Below, in pieces: positions 48,029 to 53,787 of a stretch of DNA of 53,787 nt; position 1 is the first letter of the stretch; every line of letters begins with the position of its first letter. The notes below the pieces were generated by a model. It saw nothing but the letters and a program-made list of their open reading frames with translations. It searched no databases and was not told the DNA's origin. The translations under genes were made by a program, and so were the position numbers. The DNA comes from Spirogloea muscicola (taxonomy: Eukaryota), in contig WELB01000013.1 of assembly GCA_009602725.1 (NCBI GenBank), forward strand, positions 1,279,116-1,332,902, in the 5' to 3' direction.

Positions 48029-50428
48029 CAACGATGAGCCGCAGAGGACCTACACGGTGGACCAGGCAATCGACCAGGTGGGGTTTGGTCGCTTCCAGGG
48101 CCTTCTCCTGTGCTACGCCGGGCTGGCATGGATGGGGGAGGCCATGGAGATGATGCTCCTCTCCTTCGTGGGGCCTGCGGTGCACGACGTGTGGGGCTTG
48201 AGCAGCAAGCAGGAAAGCGCCATCTCCAGCGTGGTCTTCGCCGGCATGCTCGTGGGGGCCTACTCCTGGGGCATTCTGTCAGATATCAAGGGTCGCAGGT
48301 GCAGGACTTAGGAGACATCCACCTCCAACTGTCATGCCAAGCTTACATCACTGTCGAGGGACACTAGTAGCTCAGCGTTGCAGGCTGACCCTCGACCTCT
48401 TCGCTCTTGCAGGTTCGGCTTTTTGTACACCGCTGTGCTCACCTTTGCTGCAGGCATTGCCAGCTCCTTTGCCCAAAGTTATGAGGCCCTGCTCATCACG
48501 AGATGCCTTGTCGGGGTCGGGCTGGGAGGTGGTCCTGTGGTCTTCTCCCTCTTCATGGAATTTGTTCCTGGAGCTAAACGCGGCTTCTGGCTCGTCGTCA
48601 TCACTCTGTTCTGGACTCTGGGTTCCATTGCTGAGGCCTCCTTGGCATGGGTGAGGTTGCAAGATTGGATCTAGGAAGCAGGATTGAGGTTGTTACTGTG
48701 TCTTTGCTATGATAATGTGCATTGTGATCATGATAGCAAGGGTCGTATCTATAGGGCAAGCAGTGCCCAAGCAGGTTATGTCGGTCAATCGAGAAAGATC
48801 GTATGTAAGCGCCGAATCCTTGGTGTACTTATAGGACGCCAAGCCTCCCGCCTGTCTTGTATGCAGGCGGTGATGCCCACATTAGGCTGGCGATGGCTTC
48901 TTGCACTATCTGCCACACCGCTTGCGCTCCTCCTGCTCTTCTACAACCTCATCCCCGAGTCTCCTCGCTATCTTGCCGCCAAGGGCCGACTTGCAGATGC
49001 ACGCCATGTTCTCAGTCAGGTGGCATCTGTGAACGGTTGCCACTTGCCGGCTGGCGAACTAGTAAACAGATCACACGTACTGGAGGGGGCTGACCAGAGC
49101 GGCATCGGAGCAGCCAGTCAGAAGGATGTTATTGCTGGGGATCAAGAGATTCTAGGCAGCGACCAACTAGGAAGAAACCCCCACATTGGTCCAGTATCAA
49201 AGCTCGCTCAACAGGATGGGCCTCTGTCAGTTGTTGGGAGCTTGTTACGGCCACCCCTTCTGACAACAACGGTGCTCCTTTGGTCTGTATTCTTTTGCAA
49301 TGCTTTCACATACTACGGGCTAGTCCTCCTGACCTCGCAAATTGCCGGTGGAGCGGCTGGCTGCGACGGGGATGCTCCGGATGCTGAGGCAGCTGAAGCT
49401 CTGAGCTCGACAGTGGTGGGGGCAGCTGCACAGATCAACAAGTATAAGGACGTCTTGATCACCAGCCTGGCAGGTGAGTCGAAACAGGATAACTGATCAG
49501 GCCGACGCTGCTATGCCCTATTTACAGTCCATCCCATCAATGTCATTGGAAGATGCACGTATAGGGATCATGCAGGCTTCTGCTCATCCGCCCAATCGGA
49601 GAATGCCCAGAAGGTGTCGGCGCACTGTGCTTGCAATTGTATGTGACGCATCGTGCTTGCATCGTTGTATGAGGTTCTTCGCTCTGAGTTCTTTACAAAG
49701 CAGAGTGCTGAAAAGTACTGTCGCCATATTCACCGCTGCTGTGTTGGCAGAACTACCGGGCTTGGGAGTGGCAGCCCTGGTGGTTGACCGCTTCGGCAGG
49801 AAGCTATCCATGAGCGGATTTTTTGCAAGCTGCGGAGTATTTCTACTCCCGCTTGTGCATCATCAGGAAGAGGGGCTAACCACATTTCTTTTGTTTGGAG
49901 CGCGTGCGTCGATCATGGGCGCCTTCACCATCCTCTACATTTACGCCCCTGAGGTGAGCTTCCCACACCTTATGCAGACAGGGCAGAGGGGTATGCATAC
50001 ACTTAAGTAGCTGACTCAGCGGTCCCTGTGCGGTCTGTACATCATGGCTGGACCACTGGTTGTTAAGCTAGAGGGGAGCACTATTGCACCAAGATCGTCA
50101 TGAGACCGCCGGATATTTTTTGGCCAGCTTCTGCAGATCAAGCTCTTCATATACCTGATTCTACTTGTTTCTCCAATGTGCCTTTCAGGTGTATCCAACA
50201 AGCACTCGGTCAAGTGGATTAGGAATAGCCAATTCTTTTGCGCGTATAGGGGGACTTGTCTGCCCATTTGTAGCTGTTGAGCTTGTGCGAAGTTGCCAGC
50301 AAACACTGGCTGTCACCCTTTTCTCTGTCGTCCCAATCTCAGCTGCTGTTGCTGTTTCGTTTTTCCCCGTGGAAACAGCAGGCAGAAGCTTGGAAGACAC
50401 TGTTCAGTCTGGTGAAGGGCATTCTTGA
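48029..50428 (+). CDS. MFS transporter, OCT7/SVOP (NiaP-like) family; 5' exon unresolved
   Basis: Motifs seen: YTVDQAIDQVGFGRFQ, EAMEMMLLSFVGP, SDIKGRR, PESPRYL, FTYYGLVLL, AELPG...VDRFGRK, YIYAPEVYPTSTRSSGLG, FPVETAGRSL. Confidence 0.9.
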
Positions 50429-51229
50429 CCTTGCATGCCTCTGTCGAGATCTCTGTTGTTGAGTGATCAGCTGGTATTCAGTACTGCATATTCAGAGTGG
50501 GGGATGACATGCAATCATACTGCTTGAGCCATTGTGGAGGATCGCCTTCTCTTGGCCTTGCCCCCTGTCAGACCTTTCCCGTTCTTTTCGGGTTGGCTGT
50601 TCAAAGCCATCGCCCCCTCTTCAGAGGAGCTTTCTTTGCTACACAGTTCAGATTCAGGCCAGCACTATCGTTAGTCATGATGACGTAGATTTCACTCGTG
50701 GTGACCTTCAGAGTGCCAGCCCTCGTCACTGAGACTCCAGGCTGAGAAAGGGCTGAAGAAAGCCGCAGACGCATAGTTGCGGGGGTGAGCGACATCAAGC
50801 TCACCACTCCGAACTTCCATGGGCAAGACGACCTCCACGCCCTTGATATTGTCGTTCAACCTGGTGGTATTTGACGCGCGCAATGCTGTGGTTGAGAATG
50901 GAGGAGACCACAAGGCCGAGCTGCAAGGTGCTAGGTATTGCTTGAGCACGCTGCAGGCATATGGATCTACAGCGTCGCAAAGTATGAGAGAATGCTGCCA
51001 GAAAGCCCGTGTTGGCTGGAAGCAGACGCTTATAGCCACGCATCCCCTCGGTTGGCAACCATCTTAGCTCCGCACTGACCACCGCAGAGCCTGCTCCAGC
51101 TCCAGCTGGTCGCTGGAAGGGGCTTGAAGTTGCTGACAAAGTCCGTGCGACCTCTGCGTACTGGCGCGTAGCTCATATGTGGGCCGGTCACTAAAGCAGC
51201 AGGTGGCTTACACTTGTAGGTTTGAAAGA

Positions 51230-53723
51230 GAAAGTGGCTCCTCCAAAGCAGAGGAGAAAGTGGCTCTCCCACAGGGGGCAACGGCTGTGAACAGCCTGCC
51301 CGAAAAGAAGTGACTGGGTCCTAAGGGGCCGAAAAGCGCTTTCCCAAAGCTGTCCCTGTAGGACAATCACTTGATGACTTTCAGTGGAATGCCAGCACAG
51401 AAAGAATGAACAAGGTCCGAAGGGCCGAAAAGCGCCAAAAGCACATAGTTATATTACAGCGAGTAGGAGCTAGGTAACCCCGAGTCAGCAGCCGCAAGTC
51501 GGAGTAACTTGCAGCTGGAAAAGAGAGGAAGACTCTTCCAGTAGAGAAGAGAAGGGCTAGCCCATAGAGGGCAGGGGCTGGGAAAGGCCAGCCCAGAAAA
51601 CAATGAACAAAGTACGAGAAGGGGCCAGGGGTAGCACTGAAGAACAACAAGCACCAAGTGAAACCAAGCAGCTACGAAGCACTCAGTAACCCCTGCTAAG
51701 CAACCTCAGGTCAAAGAAACTTGGCTCCTGGAAGCGGGTCCCCTGGCCAGAGCCAGAGGCAGCAGCGAGGGCTCTTCCGGCACGCAGGTGCAGCGCGCGG
51801 GCCTTAGACCTCCGCAGCGAGACGGCCAAGCGCATGCGGCACACCTGCGCCAGCGACCCGGCTGCATGAAAGTCCACCGTCTCCCCATGGAAGCAGCGGA
51901 CGATGGCGTGACGTGAGAGCTGATTGAGCAGCTCGAGCCACCGAGCGCCCACCGCCCCGTGCGTGTCGCTGGCGAGCGGGAAGAATTCGTCTTCCCGCGC
52001 GTGGTCTGCGTATTTGAGCTCCTTGGCCCGAGCGGCGCAGGCCACCGCATAGCCTTGGAGGCACACTGTGCGGGGTGTGAGCGGTCGTAGGGGTCGGTGG
52101 TCACCACGTCAAGGATAAGACGTGGCCCGCCGGCTGGTGGGGTGGCCACAAGGTCGACGCGACGGGCGTGCAGACCAGTAGAGGGCGATGGCTGTGGTTG
52201 GCCAGCCCAAAGAAAGAACGAAGTTTGAAGGGGCCAGAAAAGCGTTAGAGGATACAGGAACTCAAGCAGAAAGTGGCTCTCAAGTGGCCAATGGCACCCC
52301 GACGGGACCCAGAAATAGCAGCAAAAGCGCGGCCTGCCTGCACGCGCACTGCGTGAGCCTGGGGACCTTGGAGGGAGAAACAGCGCTTCCAACTTGCCTG
52401 GTGGCTGTAAGAAGAAGAAGAAGTGGCTCTCCCAATGGGGGCAAGCGCTGTGAGAAGCCAGCCCAAAAAGAATTGACAAGGATCGAAGGGGCCACACTAC
52501 GAAGGGGCCAGAGGCGCTAGCTCTAAACTAGGGAAGGATGAATCACTCAATAACAACGAGTGAGGAGCCTCAATTCCGACAGACTAGCTGGCGGAGAACA
52601 ATCCCCCTGACGAAAGCCAGAGGCAGCAGCGAGAGCACGGCCAGCACACAGGTGCAAAGCGTGGGCCATGGACCGCTGAAGGGAAACGGCTAGTCGCATG
52701 CGACAGACTTGGGCCAGCGAGCCAGCGGCATTGAGGTCAGCCTGCTCGCCTCGCCTGCTGGACACAGCGCGTCGCGCAAGCCTGGCCAGCTGGTCGAGCC
52801 ACTGGGATCCGAGGGCCCCGTGCACATCCACGGCCAGGGGTACGAACTCGGCCCCAGCCGGGTGGTCAGCGTGCTTGGCGGCCTTGCTGCGAACGCAGCA
52901 GCATCATGGCCAGCCCTCGAGGCAGCATGGCCAGCCCTCGAGGCAGAAAAAAGAGAAAAGCGCGCCCATAGAAAAGAGGGGCTGGCCAAGCCAGCCCAAA
53001 AAAGAATGGACAATGTCCAAAGCCAAAGCAAGAGGAGCCGGAGAAAGGACTACACTACAACATACTGCAGAACACAGAAACGATGCAGAGGAAATCTCAG
53101 TACCCACGAGTGAGCAACATCAGGTCTGAGTAGCTCGCTGCAGGGAAAGAGGCGCTCCGCCGAGACCCAGAGGCGGCGGCCATAGCACGGCCTGCGCGCG
53201 TATGGACGGCATGGGCAAGGGAGCGTTGAAGCGATACGGCCAGGCGCATGCCGAAGACTTGTGCGAGCGACCCGGCGGCGTTGAAGCCGAGCATCGCCCC
53301 TGGCAGACCCGGCCGCCGGTCAATGGCCTGGCGAGCAAGCCGCTGAATGAGATCTAGCCAGCGGCTGCCGAAAGCCCCGTGTACATCCATCGCCAGGGCC
53401 GCGAATTCAACCGGGTAAAGGTAGGTAGTGGTAGAAATTACAGTCTCGGGCTACACTGGCCTTTGAGTCGGTCTCAGGCTACACTGGCCTTGAGACCTGG
53501 GGTGCCAAAAGGCCAAATGAGGAGAAGTGGCTCTCCCAATGGGGGCAAGGGCTGTGAGAAGCCAGCCCAAAAAGAATTGACAAGGTTCGAAGGGCAAACT
53601 ACGAGCTAAGCAGCGACTGCGGGGCCTGAAGAGGCTATGGCAGAACGGGGTAGTAGTTACGAGTGAGGAGCCTCACATCCGACAGACTAGCTGCCGGTAA
53701 ACTATCCCAAAAGGCCAAATGAG
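51230..53723 (-). mobile_element. Array of co-oriented 5'-truncated CRE-like copies
   Basis: Several ORF ends (DLRLLTRGY, DLRLLSRGY, ELRLLTRCY, DLMLLTRGY) with 3' motifs. The last copy (53522-53706) is flanked by a 17-bp TSD, CCAAAAGGCCAAATGAG, at 53505-53521 and 53707-53723. Confidence 0.85.
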
Positions 53724-53787
53724 TTTAGGGTTCCGGGTTCGGGGTTCGGGGTTCGGGGTTCGGGGTTCCGGGTTCCGGGTTCCGAGT
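53724..53787 (+). repeat. Telomere-like heptamer array TTTAGGG/TTCCGGG/TTCGGGG
   Basis: About 9 tandem heptamers running to the window end, with the G-rich strand pointing outward. Confidence 0.7.

Overview
Eukaryotic, intron-rich, GC-rich genomic DNA from a draft assembly with N gaps. The plant-like proteins and intron style suggest a green plant lineage, probably a streptophyte alga (inference). The left third holds a candidate oxylipin gene cluster. A CYP74-clan P450 (- strand) and a lipoxygenase (+ strand) sit head-to-head. Next to them is a multi-exon membrane protein resembling fungal CtvD/AurD-type epoxide hydrolase/cyclases. A decayed duplicate of the same CYP74/LOX pair lies at about 1.5-4 kb. 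The rest carries housekeeping genes: INO80, SAE1, amidophosphoribosyltransferase, an NFRKB-like gene, eRF1 and an OCT7/SVOP-like MFS transporter. Between the genes are many 5'-truncated copies of a CRE-like non-LTR retrotransposon (restriction-like endonuclease). Several copies have TSDs and (TTC)n tails and are nested in each other's 3' motif. The window ends in telomere-like TTTAGGG/TTCGGGG repeats. Exon boundaries were read by eye and are approximate.
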